DNA from: a virus
Lineage: Duplodnaviria > Caudoviricetes
IMG/VR virus record: IMGVR_UViG_3300035228_000644
Coordinates: 1 to 62,018 of that record
Strand: one strand, 5' to 3'
Length of the DNA stretch: 62,018 nucleotides
The notes below the pieces were generated by a model, which saw only the letters and a program-made list of their open reading frames with translations, ran no database searches and was not told where the DNA came from. The position numbers were made by a program, and so were the translations under genes. The stretch's first letter is position 1; every line of letters begins with the position of its first letter. This document shows positions 8,732 to 18,032 of this stretch, piece after piece.

Positions 8732-9038
8732 GTTGCCTCCAGTCATCAGGTTTGTCTCTTCCGAACCATTCTTTTATATCGTCAGCATCAGCAAATCCCG
8801 TTTTGTGATTGGATGGGTCGGGATCACCTAGTCCCATCCTATTCAGAAAATCGTCGGTACTACCTTCTTCAATTTCTTGAGAAGATTGTCTTCTTGCTTT
8901 TTGCAACCAATCTCTGGCAAGTGTATGAGACTTAGCAAGTTTCTCTGCCCATATCATATCGTCAAGTTTTACCTCTTCACCATTTGCAATACATTTACAA
9001 ATGAATTCTAAGCGCAGTCTGTACTGTGTAGAAAGCAA
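8724..9038 (-). CDS. hypothetical protein
   Basis: (M)LSTQYRLRLEFICKCIANGEEV...DDWRQRD; TTG start at 9038 has a GAGGAG RBS; TAAATA box at 9061-9067. Confidence 0.8.
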   Translation of the reverse strand: MLSTQYRLRLEFICKCIANGEEVKLDDMIWAEKLAKSHTLARDWLQKARRQSSQEIEEGSTDDFLNRMGLGDPDPSNHKTGFADADDIKEWFGRDKPDDWRQRD

Positions 9039-9063
9039 AAGTTTTCTCCTCAACCAAGTTTAT

Positions 9064-10785
9064 TTAGGACTCATCCGACATCTTTGAAAAATCATTAATC
9101 TTTTCAAACTTCAGTGTTCGCAAGAACTTATCAACAAGAATGTCACCTTTATGTGAGATAACAAAGACATTAGTATCATTTCCGAGACTACGAAGAATCT
9201 GAAGAAGTTCACCTGTACCTGACGCATCAAGAGAACTATCAAAAACTTCATCAAGAATCAAAAGATTTGTAGCAACACTATTCTTCATCCTAGCAACTTC
9301 ACGCCAAGTAAACAATAATGCCAAATCAATTTTTTGCTTCTCACCTTCAGAAAATGATGAGTATGAGAACTCATCTCTGAAACGACTCTTAATGACTTCA
9401 TTAAACTCTTCATCCAATGTAAAGTTGACAAAGAAATCCATTGACTGAAGATACTTATTAATCAATTGATTAAAGATAGGGACATACTTTTTGATAATCT
9501 GACTTTTAATACCAGAGTCTTTCAACAAAGTTCCAACTACTTGAAACTCATCTAAACATTGATTGACTTCAGAACAATTTTTTTCTGTATCATCATATTC
9601 TTTTTTAAATGCAAATAAAATTTCTTCTTCCTGATCGATGTTTGGTCTGCTTTGTTGTAGATTGGTAATTTCTTTTGTGATTTCAAGATTCTCCATCTCA
9701 AGACGAACAATTTCTCGTTCAACTGCAGTAGCATCACTACGAACTTCATACAACATTGCAGAAGTTTCTTCCATCTTACTAACAATATCTACTGCTTCAG
9801 TAATATCTTTAGTGAATTCTTCAATCTCAACAGAAAGAGTTTTACCAGATTTTATTAGATCGGTAACTTGATTTTTTTTAAATGCGCTACTAATATCTTG
9901 CGTACATGTAGGACAAACATCATGACCTTTGAAGAACTTCAAATCTTTAGCAATTAATTTTAGTTCTGATTTTTTATCTGATTGACTTTGACGTAATCTT
10001 TGAATAAACGTTTTTTGATTTGTAGAATCTTCTACCTGTTCTTTAAGAATAACAATCTCATCCTTCTTTTTTTTATGCTGAACACCCAATTCAACAACAC
10101 GATTAGCATTTTTATTATATCTACTACGTTTTTCTTCTTGACGATTCTCATTCACTTCAAGTAAAGAACCAATCAATTTTTTCTGACCTTCGAGTTTCTC
10201 TTTAGACAACCGAAGCATATGACCACAATCATTACTTTGACTTTGTGCTGTACGAATTCTATCTTTCAATAAAGAATTCATGTTTGAAAATATATTAATA
10301 TCCAACAAGTCTTCTATCACCTCTCTCCTATGACCAGCAAGCAATTGCATAAAAGGAACAAATGTGCTAGATCCAAGAATGACAACTTGAGTAAATGATT
10401 TATAATTAAGTTTTAATACCGACTGCTCAAGATATTTTTGCGTATCTTTAGCGGCAGCATCTTGATCAACAAGTTTATTATTTTTATACAGTTCAAATGC
10501 ATTTGGTTTAATACTCCTAAACACACGGTATTCATCTCTACCAATAGAAAAACAAACTTCAACTTTAGTTCCCTTTTCATTAATAGAATTTACTAATTGA
10601 TTTTTGTTAATTTTGCGAAATGCTTTTCCAAACAAAGCAAAACACAGAGCATCCAACATAGTGGATTTCCCTGCGCCATTAGAACCTACAATAAGTGTTG
10701 ATGAAGACTCGCAAAAATCAATCTCAGTCCACTGGTCTCCTGTTGAAAGAAAGTTTTTCCAGCGAATAGTCTCAAATGTAATCAT
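9064..10785 (-). CDS. gp46: recombination endonuclease subunit gp46 (Rad50/SbcC-like)
   Basis: Walker A GSNGAGKS, CPTC zinc hook, FSEGEK signature, LILDEVFD. Confidence 0.96.
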   Translation of the reverse strand: MITFETIRWKNFLSTGDQWTEIDFCESSSTLIVGSNGAGKSTMLDALCFALFGKAFRKINKNQLVNSINEKGTKVEVCFSIGRDEYRVFRSIKPNAFELYKNNKLVDQDAAAKDTQKYLEQSVLKLNYKSFTQVVILGSSTFVPFMQLLAGHRREVIEDLLDINIFSNMNSLLKDRIRTAQSQSNDCGHMLRLSKEKLEGQKKLIGSLLEVNENRQEEKRSRYNKNANRVVELGVQHKKKKDEIVILKEQVEDSTNQKTFIQRLRQSQSDKKSELKLIAKDLKFFKGHDVCPTCTQDISSAFKKNQVTDLIKSGKTLSVEIEEFTKDITEAVDIVSKMEETSAMLYEVRSDATAVEREIVRLEMENLEITKEITNLQQSRPNIDQEEEILFAFKKEYDDTEKNCSEVNQCLDEFQVVGTLLKDSGIKSQIIKKYVPIFNQLINKYLQSMDFFVNFTLDEEFNEVIKSRFRDEFSYSSFSEGEKQKIDLALLFTWREVARMKNSVATNLLILDEVFDSSLDASGTGELLQILRSLGNDTNVFVISHKGDILVDKFLRTLKFEKINDFSKMSDES

Positions 10786-11030
10786 GGGGGAACAATCAGA
10801 TCGTCTTTGGATATGACAGTATAAACATATCCATATTGGTTACAGTTAACAGCAATAACAGTTTTATCAACTTCTATAATTTCTAATTCATCTTCGTAAT
10901 CATCTGCATTTAAAAGATTTACATAACGTTCAGCGTCATCTCGTTCCTCAAACAAAGTCACAGTTTTTGTACGTGCTTTGCTGTTTATAGCATAGATGCC
11001 GCCTGAGTTTTTATCTGTTAAAACAAACAT
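10782..11030 (-). CDS. hypothetical protein (DUF3110-like)
   Basis: GIYAI...LFEERDDAERYVNLL; lies between gp47 and gp46. Confidence 0.7.
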   Translation of the reverse strand: MFVLTDKNSGGIYAINSKARTKTVTLFEERDDAERYVNLLNADDYEDELEIIEVDKTVIAVNCNQYGYVYTVISKDDLIVPP

Positions 11031-12065
11031 TTAAATTTCCGATGCTTCCATATACAGAGACCTCATTACATTTTTCACATTTGATTTATTAACTTTGAGG
11101 TCAATATCATCTATGTAGTTATCTAACAATGTCATTGTATCTTCGGTTTCCAGAACCTCAGAACCAGAATCAAGTTCAACACTTAGATCCTCAATAATTT
11201 TGAGGTCTCCAAGACCCATGTCTTGTAGTTGACTTACAGCATAATCAAACTTAGCATAGTCACCTTTGTTTTCTACAATTAATTTAACGTAAGATCCTTT
11301 AAGGTCTTCTTCGTTAGGTAGGGTAACCCCGTTATTATAATAGAGTTTATGGAAAATGTCAAATGGATTTTTATAGAAAGTAGTTTTTAAAGTTTCTGTG
11401 TCAAATACATGGAACCCTCGCTTACATCCATAGTCATTCCAATATAGTTGATAAGGATTACCAAGATAATTTACATTCTTCTTGGTTGATTTCATATGAT
11501 AGTGTCCCGAGAATACTTTTTTAAACTTAGAAAAGGCATTCGAGTCCATACCATGTTGCATTACATGACCAGGATGAGCTTCAAAACCATTTAGTTCTAG
11601 ATGACCCATGCATACTTTTGCTTCGGTACTTCCTACTTTTTCCAGAACTTCTGTACGATTCTCATCGCAAATCCAAGGGAGAAGGAGTATAGGAAGATTG
11701 TCATACACAAGAGTGGTAGGGCTAGTGATGACGTTGATGTTGTTGTATTCTCCAAGTAACTCACTTGGGGCGTTAACTCGTAGAGTATTTTTGTAATAAA
11801 TATCATGATTTCCTACAAGCATATCCATACTGACACCTCTTTCCTGGAGAGGTGTAAACCACATCTCCTTTGCTGCTTCAAGAGACATAAAGTTGATAGA
11901 ACGTCTCTTGTCAAAGGTATCGCCAAGACAGATAATTTTAGATATCTTATGCGAATCAATAAATGGAAGAACTACTTCCCCATAGAATTTTTTATAATGA
12001 TCAATAAAGGATTGATTGTCATTGCGAACACCAAAGTGTTGATCGGTTATTAATAAAAGTTTCAT
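11031..12065 (-). CDS. gp47: recombination endonuclease subunit gp47 (Mre11/SbcD-like)
   Basis: Metallophosphoesterase motifs TDQHFG, GDTFD, VGNHD, SGHYH. Confidence 0.96.
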   Translation of the reverse strand: MKLLLITDQHFGVRNDNQSFIDHYKKFYGEVVLPFIDSHKISKIICLGDTFDKRRSINFMSLEAAKEMWFTPLQERGVSMDMLVGNHDIYYKNTLRVNAPSELLGEYNNINVITSPTTLVYDNLPILLLPWICDENRTEVLEKVGSTEAKVCMGHLELNGFEAHPGHVMQHGMDSNAFSKFKKVFSGHYHMKSTKKNVNYLGNPYQLYWNDYGCKRGFHVFDTETLKTTFYKNPFDIFHKLYYNNGVTLPNEEDLKGSYVKLIVENKGDYAKFDYAVSQLQDMGLGDLKIIEDLSVELDSGSEVLETEDTMTLLDNYIDDIDLKVNKSNVKNVMRSLYMEASEI

Positions 12066-12529
12066 GTGTCAATTCTATTATTTTTTGATACTTCCCAAGA
12101 AAAACTTAAAGTTACTCTAGGTTCTACAATTTGAGGTTCGTGATAAACACCTTTAGGTATAAAAATACTATCACCAGGATCTACAGTATAAGATGGACAA
12201 TCATCAAATTTGTAAATAACAGATCCAATAGCAGAAACAATTAAGACATCCATAACATCTTTATGTCGTCCATAGGTTGCACTACTATTACCCAAAGATG
12301 AGTAGACATGCATCTGTACAATGTTTTGAGAATCCTTAACTTCGTCGTAAGCAGTTCTAATAGAACCTGGAGCAAATTTACTATGCATTGCAAAGGTTGG
12401 GGGAATTAATGGTGTGTCTGCAATAAAATTTACAGCACCATTTTCAAAATCAAACGCTAGTTTTTTTATTACATCAGACCATTCAATAGATCTTACAATC
12501 TTAAAATGATTTCGAGTAAATTTAATCAC
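12062..12529 (-). CDS. cupin/JmjC-like putative Fe(II) oxygenase
   Basis: RHKD...V.PGDSIFIPKGVYHEP...RVTLSF; HxD...H triad. Confidence 0.7.
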   Translation of the reverse strand: MIKFTRNHFKIVRSIEWSDVIKKLAFDFENGAVNFIADTPLIPPTFAMHSKFAPGSIRTAYDEVKDSQNIVQMHVYSSLGNSSATYGRHKDVMDVLIVSAIGSVIYKFDDCPSYTVDPGDSIFIPKGVYHEPQIVEPRVTLSFSWEVSKNNRIDT

Positions 12530-12656
12530 TAGATTGGTTTTCCTTTTCTAGGTCCTTAAGTCTTTTGCGCCAGTAACCGCGTTCATTGTCATCTCTGCAG
12601 GGACTATCTTTTTGGACTGCATCGCGCAATCTTTCTTGATCAGTTTTCTTGGTCAT
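12522..12656 (-). CDS. small hypothetical protein (44 aa)
   Basis: MTKKTDQERLRDAVQKDSPCRDDNERGYWRKRLKDLEKENQSSD; ATGA overlap with the gp55 stop. Confidence 0.6.
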   Translation of the reverse strand: MTKKTDQERLRDAVQKDSPCRDDNERGYWRKRLKDLEKENQSSD

Positions 12657-13189
12657 CGTTTTGAGTTCATCTCCACACGGGACTTGATCTGATTATAACC
12701 TGTATCTGTGTCTCCGTCAACCGTAAACACATGGTCATATCCAGACTTCTCAAGAATCTTATCTTTGATATCTAACTGACGTTTCTCTTTTGCAATTCTC
12801 CTTAGGAATGCATAGTACACAATTTGTGTGAAGTATGCAAACGGATTTTTAGATTTTGCTGGATTAAAGTTATCAATATACTGAATACAATTTTCGATAC
12901 CATCACAAACCATATCATCTTTATACATGTAGTTGATAAAGTTCGGTCTGTATGATAGGTGTGTAGCAATTTTTAAAAAACAACTACCAATATAATTTCC
13001 TACTCTAGGTTTATTTTCACTCTTCCACTTTTTTAAGAAAGCAAACTCTTCATCCTGATCCATCTTAGCGAGTTCAGGAAATTCTTTTATAGCAGCATTA
13101 TACATATTCTGCCGATAGTCTACAATAGCAGCAAGGAACTCTTGATTATCAACGTAATGCTGTTTTTGTTTTTTTACAGTTGTTTTCAT
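12653..13189 (-). CDS. gp55: late-transcription sigma factor gp55
   Basis: HYVDNQEFL, FLKIATHLSYRPNFINY, NPFAYFTQI.YYAFLRRI.KEK. Confidence 0.96.
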   Translation of the reverse strand: MKTTVKKQKQHYVDNQEFLAAIVDYRQNMYNAAIKEFPELAKMDQDEEFAFLKKWKSENKPRVGNYIGSCFLKIATHLSYRPNFINYMYKDDMVCDGIENCIQYIDNFNPAKSKNPFAYFTQIVYYAFLRRIAKEKRQLDIKDKILEKSGYDHVFTVDGDTDTGYNQIKSRVEMNSKR

Positions 13190-13210
13190 ATGGTTACTTG
13201 CTTTGTTTAT

Positions 13211-13238
13211 ATTATAACATACTTGACAAGATCGTCAA
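13211..13238 (-). promoter_or_regulatory. sigma70-like promoter for gp55
   Basis: TTGACG-N16-TATAAT with TG extension. Confidence 0.65.
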
Positions 13239-13251
13239 GTCTCTGTAGAAT
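13223..13251 (+). promoter_or_regulatory. sigma70-like promoter facing antisense to the upstream genes
   Basis: TTGACA-N17-TAGAAT. Confidence 0.5.
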
Positions 13252-13277
13252 AACCATGTGAGGGTTCAAGACAAGTT

Positions 13278-13697
13278 CTAGCTTTTATAGATTCGTTCAA
13301 ATCGACTTCTTGCTTCATTAATCTTTCCTAAGTAACCCATCTCTGGTTCAGGATCTATTTTTGTTGTATCTTTTTTATCAAGATTATCTCCTAATAAAAA
13401 TGCTTCATACAGGAAAGTAACTTCTTTACTCATTGAAGTAACAGTCAAGATATCTTTTTCCTGAATAATAAAAAAATCTTCATCGGAAAATTGCATCCAC
13501 TTTGCAAATCCTATTCCTCTGATAGTTCGACCATCATCAGATTCTTTAGTAACAATTTGTGTGGAAACAGGATCCTGAATGAAAACTAAGGTAGAACCCT
13601 CATCTTCAGTAAGAACTGCTTTGCCTAGTACCTCTTCTCCATTAAGGAGTTTGAAGATACCATAAAATTCTTCGTCGTGTCTTGCGTAACTAATCAT
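13278..13697 (-). CDS. hypothetical protein, possible Sm-like fold
   Basis: FKLLNGEEVLGK motif; lies between uvsW and gp55. Confidence 0.75.
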   Translation of the reverse strand: MISYARHDEEFYGIFKLLNGEEVLGKAVLTEDEGSTLVFIQDPVSTQIVTKESDDGRTIRGIGFAKWMQFSDEDFFIIQEKDILTVTSMSKEVTFLYEAFLLGDNLDKKDTTKIDPEPEMGYLGKINEARSRFERIYKS

Positions 13698-15165
13698 AAG
13701 TTTTTATTTTAACATCTATGATTTCATAATTAAATTTTTCTTCGTTATAGACTTTGACTCTCTCCATTAAATGGTTGAGTGTATAGTTGTTACCTCTGTC
13801 TGTAGAGATATCATCAGCAATGTCGTATAACGTTGCTTGAGATTTATTTTCGCCTTTCCTTAGGACACGACCAATAGATTGTAGGTTGCGAACTCTGGAC
13901 TTTGAAGGACTTGCGAAGATAACGTTGTGTAATCTTTTGATGTTGATGCCTGTGGAAAACGTACCATATGAAGCAACGATGATGGCATTATCAGATTGTT
14001 CGGTTAATAGTCTGATGTCTTCACGGTCATTAACGTCTACTCCACCGTGTACGAAGTGTACTGGTCTTTCGGTGTAACTATTTATCATCTCATAAAGAGG
14101 CACTCCGTGACGCTCTACATAGTTGAAAAGGACTAGAGTGTTTCCTTTTAGATCACAAGCAAGATTGCGGATAAATTTATTCCTACCCTCATGCTCTACA
14201 AGGTATCCTATCTCATCCTGATAACCTTCAAATAATTTCTCCTCGTGCTTTACTAGAACAATCTTTACTTTCAACTTAGCAACATGTCCCGCTTCCATTA
14301 GTTGAGCAGTTCGTGTCACTTGGGAACACCTACCAAATACACCTTCAAGAACTAACTGATTGACATTTGCACCATCAAGAGTTCCTGTAAATCCAATACG
14401 ATATTTACATTCATGCAACTTACCCATCAGAGACGTAAGAGATTTAGCTTTGAAAAGGTGTGCCTCGTCACCGATAACTACATCGAACCTATCAAACCAT
14501 TTTCTAGGTTCCTTATAGATAGATTGCCAAGTGGTAATTACCACCTGATGGTCCGTGTATTTTTCTTGCCCCGCATATATTTTGTGGCAGTTTTCGGACG
14601 CCATCCATCCATATTCCTCAAAGTCCTTATACATCTGCTCCACGAGAGAGGTGGTAGGGACTACAATTAAAATATTTCTGTCTGCATTTGCATGAAAACG
14701 TACTAATGCATAAATCATCAGAGACTTTCCAGAAGCTGTTGGTGACAATAAAAGTCGCCTATTATATTTTAATGCCTCGTATATTGCTTTATACTGATAA
14801 TCCCTTACCTTCAAATTTTGTGGAAGATGTAGTGCCTTCACAAATCCAGCAACTCCTTGAGGAGTGATAAAATCATTCTGAGACATTGGATGACCAAAGT
14901 ATTTGCAGTCTTCCATGCGATACTTATATCCTTTTTTATCCGCCCATTCCATGAGATAGTCTAAGAGACCACAATATATCTCTCCAGTTGCTGGGGAATA
15001 AAGGCGGATTTTTCCATCCCATCCTTTCCACCGACGTTGCTTCTGCATATACTTTGCAGACTCAACTTCAAAACAAAAATAATCTGCTAGTTCATAATTG
15101 ATATGAGGTTCTGCCTCAACTTTAAGATACACTTCATTCTTCTTTTTAATAACTAAGTCATGCAT
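13690..15165 (-). CDS. uvsW: RNA-DNA/DNA-DNA helicase UvsW
   Basis: SF2 motifs RDYQ, SPTASGKS, DEAH, TGT, QSIGRVLR; adjacent to uvsY. Confidence 0.96.
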   Translation of the reverse strand: MHDLVIKKKNEVYLKVEAEPHINYELADYFCFEVESAKYMQKQRRWKGWDGKIRLYSPATGEIYCGLLDYLMEWADKKGYKYRMEDCKYFGHPMSQNDFITPQGVAGFVKALHLPQNLKVRDYQYKAIYEALKYNRRLLLSPTASGKSLMIYALVRFHANADRNILIVVPTTSLVEQMYKDFEEYGWMASENCHKIYAGQEKYTDHQVVITTWQSIYKEPRKWFDRFDVVIGDEAHLFKAKSLTSLMGKLHECKYRIGFTGTLDGANVNQLVLEGVFGRCSQVTRTAQLMEAGHVAKLKVKIVLVKHEEKLFEGYQDEIGYLVEHEGRNKFIRNLACDLKGNTLVLFNYVERHGVPLYEMINSYTERPVHFVHGGVDVNDREDIRLLTEQSDNAIIVASYGTFSTGINIKRLHNVIFASPSKSRVRNLQSIGRVLRKGENKSQATLYDIADDISTDRGNNYTLNHLMERVKVYNEEKFNYEIIDVKIKTYD

Positions 15166-15748
15166 AAGGAGGTCCAGTAAACCACGCTACAATAGATTTT
15201 CTGACGCCAGATGTCACAGGACGGACTCTGTGCCATGTAGTGCTATTGAAAAAAATAGCGTCACCCTTTTTAAGACGAAAAGTTTCGTATCTTGGGTTGC
15301 TCTCTGGTTTATATATCTCCAAATCAAACTCCCCACCTTCATATTCATCCAAGTTACTTAAGAACAAACTCATACTAACTTTTCTAGTAGAAGGGTTTCC
15401 TTGCATATCTGGGAGAAACTGTTGATGTTGATCAACATGCCAATCGTATTTACCACCCTCTGGATATACACCAAATTGAATTGGTTCGACATCTGTGATA
15501 TTTAAATACCAATTTGCATCACGATTAATTTGACGTATCGTGTCCATCAATGCACAATTTAATCTGTAGTCTCTAATCCATACTGATTCACATACTCTTA
15601 GAGACTTATCCTCTACATCTAACTTGTCGTCATTAACAACTTTACTACTTTTCCAATCTAATTTTGTTTCTGATATTGCACGTCTAACTTCATGCATAAG
15701 ATTGGTATCAAATGAGATGTGCAGATAGGGAGCACCATATTTAATCAT
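15158..15748 (-). CDS. 2OG-Fe(II) oxygenase (prolyl-hydroxylase/PKHD-like)
   Basis: WHVD, YEGGEF, WHRV, RKSIVAW. Confidence 0.88.
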   Translation of the reverse strand: MIKYGAPYLHISFDTNLMHEVRRAISETKLDWKSSKVVNDDKLDVEDKSLRVCESVWIRDYRLNCALMDTIRQINRDANWYLNITDVEPIQFGVYPEGGKYDWHVDQHQQFLPDMQGNPSTRKVSMSLFLSNLDEYEGGEFDLEIYKPESNPRYETFRLKKGDAIFFNSTTWHRVRPVTSGVRKSIVAWFTGPPYA

Positions 15749-15755
15749 AATTTAA

Positions 15756-16184
15756 TTACATACCAGATTGAAATCTTTTCCATTCAATAGCATTCTTAAT
15801 GTGGTAAGTGCGAGAATTTATCATTCGCAATACACCATCTAAAAAGAATATCACTTGCTCTATGTAGTCAATCTTGAATTGAATCTTTTGAATATCCTGA
15901 TCTGCCTCAATAAACATTACAAGTTCATCCTTAGCAGTTAATTTAAGATCAAAAGGCAGTTCTTTATATACTGAAGCAGGTGCTTTACCTTTATAATATA
16001 ACCATTTTTCTTTAAGCAATCTTTTCATTTCCAATTCTCTATCTTTTTTCATAAGAGAATATGTATTATGAAACTCCATGTATTTCATATGGAGTTGAGG
16101 GATTGCTAGAGAGTCATTATCATGAAGATCATCATCCAGTTTGGAATCAGTCTTCCACATTTCTTGAAGTGTTTCTAGATTCAT
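15756..16184 (-). CDS. uvsY: recombination mediator UvsY
   Basis: SLAIPQLHMKY, WLYYKGKA, IKNAIEWKRF. Confidence 0.92.
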   Translation of the reverse strand: MNLETLQEMWKTDSKLDDDLHDNDSLAIPQLHMKYMEFHNTYSLMKKDRELEMKRLLKEKWLYYKGKAPASVYKELPFDLKLTAKDELVMFIEADQDIQKIQFKIDYIEQVIFFLDGVLRMINSRTYHIKNAIEWKRFQSGM

Positions 16185-16308
16185 AACGATACTTAAGTGC
16201 TTGTAAATTCCATGCTTGTGCTAAACTCTTGGGTCCATTCTCTAGAAATTTTCTTTCTCTAAGAGTAAGCACCCAATTGTCAAGCATGTCTTGTCTCCAT
16301 TCTATCAT
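16147..16308 (-). CDS. small hypothetical protein (53 aa)
   Basis: MIEWRQDMLDNWVLTLRERKFLENGPKSLAQAWNLQALKYRYESRNTSRNVED; ATGA overlap with the gp3 stop. Confidence 0.65.
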   Translation of the reverse strand: MIEWRQDMLDNWVLTLRERKFLENGPKSLAQAWNLQALKYRYESRNTSRNVED

Positions 16309-16853
16309 CTTCTTGTCTTACGATTAACATCTCTGATCTCATAGATTGTATATCTAAATGTTGCAGTTGCTGTAAAATAATCATTATCAGTTCCTGTTAC
16401 ATCAAATGATAATGTTGATAAATTTGTTGGAAATAAATCTTTGAATACAACATCAAAATTTGCAATGTTGTTATTGTTTAAAACCTGAAGTGTTGCATCA
16501 GAAAATCTTCTATCCCCCTCAGTAATACTGCTGGTTGAATTCATCCAGTCTAATCTTTCATCATCATCTTGTGGTGTTCCTAATGCTCTCATCCAGTTAT
16601 GCAACTGCATGTAATTCTCTAAATCTTCGTCAACAATAAACTCAATATTAAAATCACTATACCGCATGTTCCCTTCAGTAGGGATTACTACTCTACCTCT
16701 TGTAGGAATTTCTACTTGACCTAATTCGACAGTAGGAATTTCTGCTTTTTGACACAAGAAAGAAACTTTCTTTGCTTTATCCAAAATGAATAAAAATCCA
16801 ATTGGTGAAAGATAGTTTTTGTTTGAAAGTTGATCGTTGTACCAGTTTGCCAT
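16305..16853 (-). CDS. gp3: tail completion and sheath stabiliser gp3
   Basis: NKNYLSPIGF, FIVDEDLENY..LHNWMRALG, FKDLFPTNLSTLSFD. Confidence 0.88.
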   Translation of the reverse strand: MANWYNDQLSNKNYLSPIGFLFILDKAKKVSFLCQKAEIPTVELGQVEIPTRGRVVIPTEGNMRYSDFNIEFIVDEDLENYMQLHNWMRALGTPQDDDERLDWMNSTSSITEGDRRFSDATLQVLNNNNIANFDVVFKDLFPTNLSTLSFDVTGTDNDYFTATATFRYTIYEIRDVNRKTRR

Positions 16854-17557
16854 TATCCTAAAATGCTATTGTCTTGTATGTTTCTTTCCATCCACCCCGT
16901 TATAATATATTTTTCACCTTTTAATGGAGCGTTGCCTCTATGAGTATGAGTAAATCCTGATGGCCACATGAGAACTCTTCCTCGTTTTGGTTTAAACCTC
17001 TTATGTAAGTAAATAAATTCTGTTTCACCACCAGCGTCATCATCTACATCATTCAAATACATCATAACTGCAAGAACTCTTGTGTTAGAAGATCTGTATG
17101 CATACTCATTTTCACAATGCCATACATGATATCCTTGACCTGGTAATGTTCTTTGAACATTTGCATTGTATATTTGAGATTGTATTGTATGGAGAGTAAA
17201 AAATTTATCACAATACTTTTCATAACAAGTATGAATTATATTGTTAAAAATTCCACTCAATTCACCAGACTTTTCCATGACAAATCGATACGATGCTGAT
17301 CCAACTACATTTTTTTCTGGAAGAGAAACGAGATCGGGTCCGATAGAATTAACTCTATCTTGTATATGACCAATATATTTTCCAGTACTAGTTTTATCGT
17401 GTGTATTCCAAATTTTTCTTTCCACACTTACTTGCATAGATTCACATCTATTGAAATAATCAATATACTTATCAATTTCAATTTGATGGATGTCTACATC
17501 AAAAACACCAATAAAATCTTCAATTTTATAATCATTAATTACCATCATAATAATCAT
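16853..17557 (-). CDS. 2OG-Fe(II) oxygenase
   Basis: GYHVWHCE, MMYLNDV, GGETEF, THTHRG, KYIITGW; exact start uncertain. Confidence 0.88.
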   Translation of the reverse strand: MIIMMVINDYKIEDFIGVFDVDIHQIEIDKYIDYFNRCESMQVSVERKIWNTHDKTSTGKYIGHIQDRVNSIGPDLVSLPEKNVVGSASYRFVMEKSGELSGIFNNIIHTCYEKYCDKFFTLHTIQSQIYNANVQRTLPGQGYHVWHCENEYAYRSSNTRVLAVMMYLNDVDDDAGGETEFIYLHKRFKPKRGRVLMWPSGFTHTHRGNAPLKGEKYIITGWMERNIQDNSILG

Positions 17558-17566
17558 CTATACAAA

Positions 17567-17573
17567 TATTTAG
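17567..17573 (-). promoter_or_regulatory. putative late promoter (CTAAATA)
   Basis: TAAATA core just after a terminator and upstream of the oxygenase-gp3 genes. Confidence 0.55.
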
Positions 17574-17576
17574 ACA

Positions 17577-17603
17577 AAGAAAAAGGGGGTCTTAAAACCC
17601 CCT
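17577..17603 (-). terminator. intrinsic terminator
   Basis: AGGGGGT-TTTAAG-ACCCCCT followed by TTTTCTT. Confidence 0.7.
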
Positions 17604-17635
17604 ACACTTCCTCCACACGGTATAGTATGTATATT

Positions 17636-17803
17636 CTACATAAGAACCTCTTTACAGATTCTTTTACATGATGCTTGATTTGTAGTATCGCATTCAATTA
17701 AACATTCGTAATAGTCATTTAGCAATTCTAATTCAGACTCTTCCGATGACGCATTAAAATGCCTCCACTCATACAACTGATTGATCGAAGTACTGTTCTT
17801 CAT
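17636..17803 (-). CDS. small protein with C-x3-C-x7-C-x3-C motif
   Basis: ...LLNDYYECLIECDTTNQASCKRICKEVLM; start at 17803 or 17818. Confidence 0.75.
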   Translation of the reverse strand: MKNSTSINQLYEWRHFNASSEESELELLNDYYECLIECDTTNQASCKRICKEVLM

Positions 17804-17964
17804 TGTTCTCTCTTTCATAACTGTGAGTCATAATATAATTAAAATTTGGGTTCATTTGTCCACCTCATAGTTCTGTTACTATCTATACTAAATGTCAGGA
17901 TATTCTGACGGAATGAGTATGAGTAGCAAAGAATATTAATGCCTACTAACTTATACCTAGACAT

Positions 17965-17992
17965 AAAAAAAGACCCCCCTTGTGGGAGGTCT
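17965..17992 (-). terminator. intrinsic terminator downstream of gp23
   Basis: AGACCTCCC-ACAA-GGGGGGTCT followed by a T tract. Confidence 0.85.
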
Positions 17993-18032
17993 GAAAGGAC
18001 ATGTGGGACAACCTGCCCCACAACAACCTTGA

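Noticed and set aside
17636-17818. Possible CP12
   Set aside because: Lacks the CP12 C-terminal C...P...EC..Y(D/E) pattern and the AWD.VEE core; the Cys spacing differs
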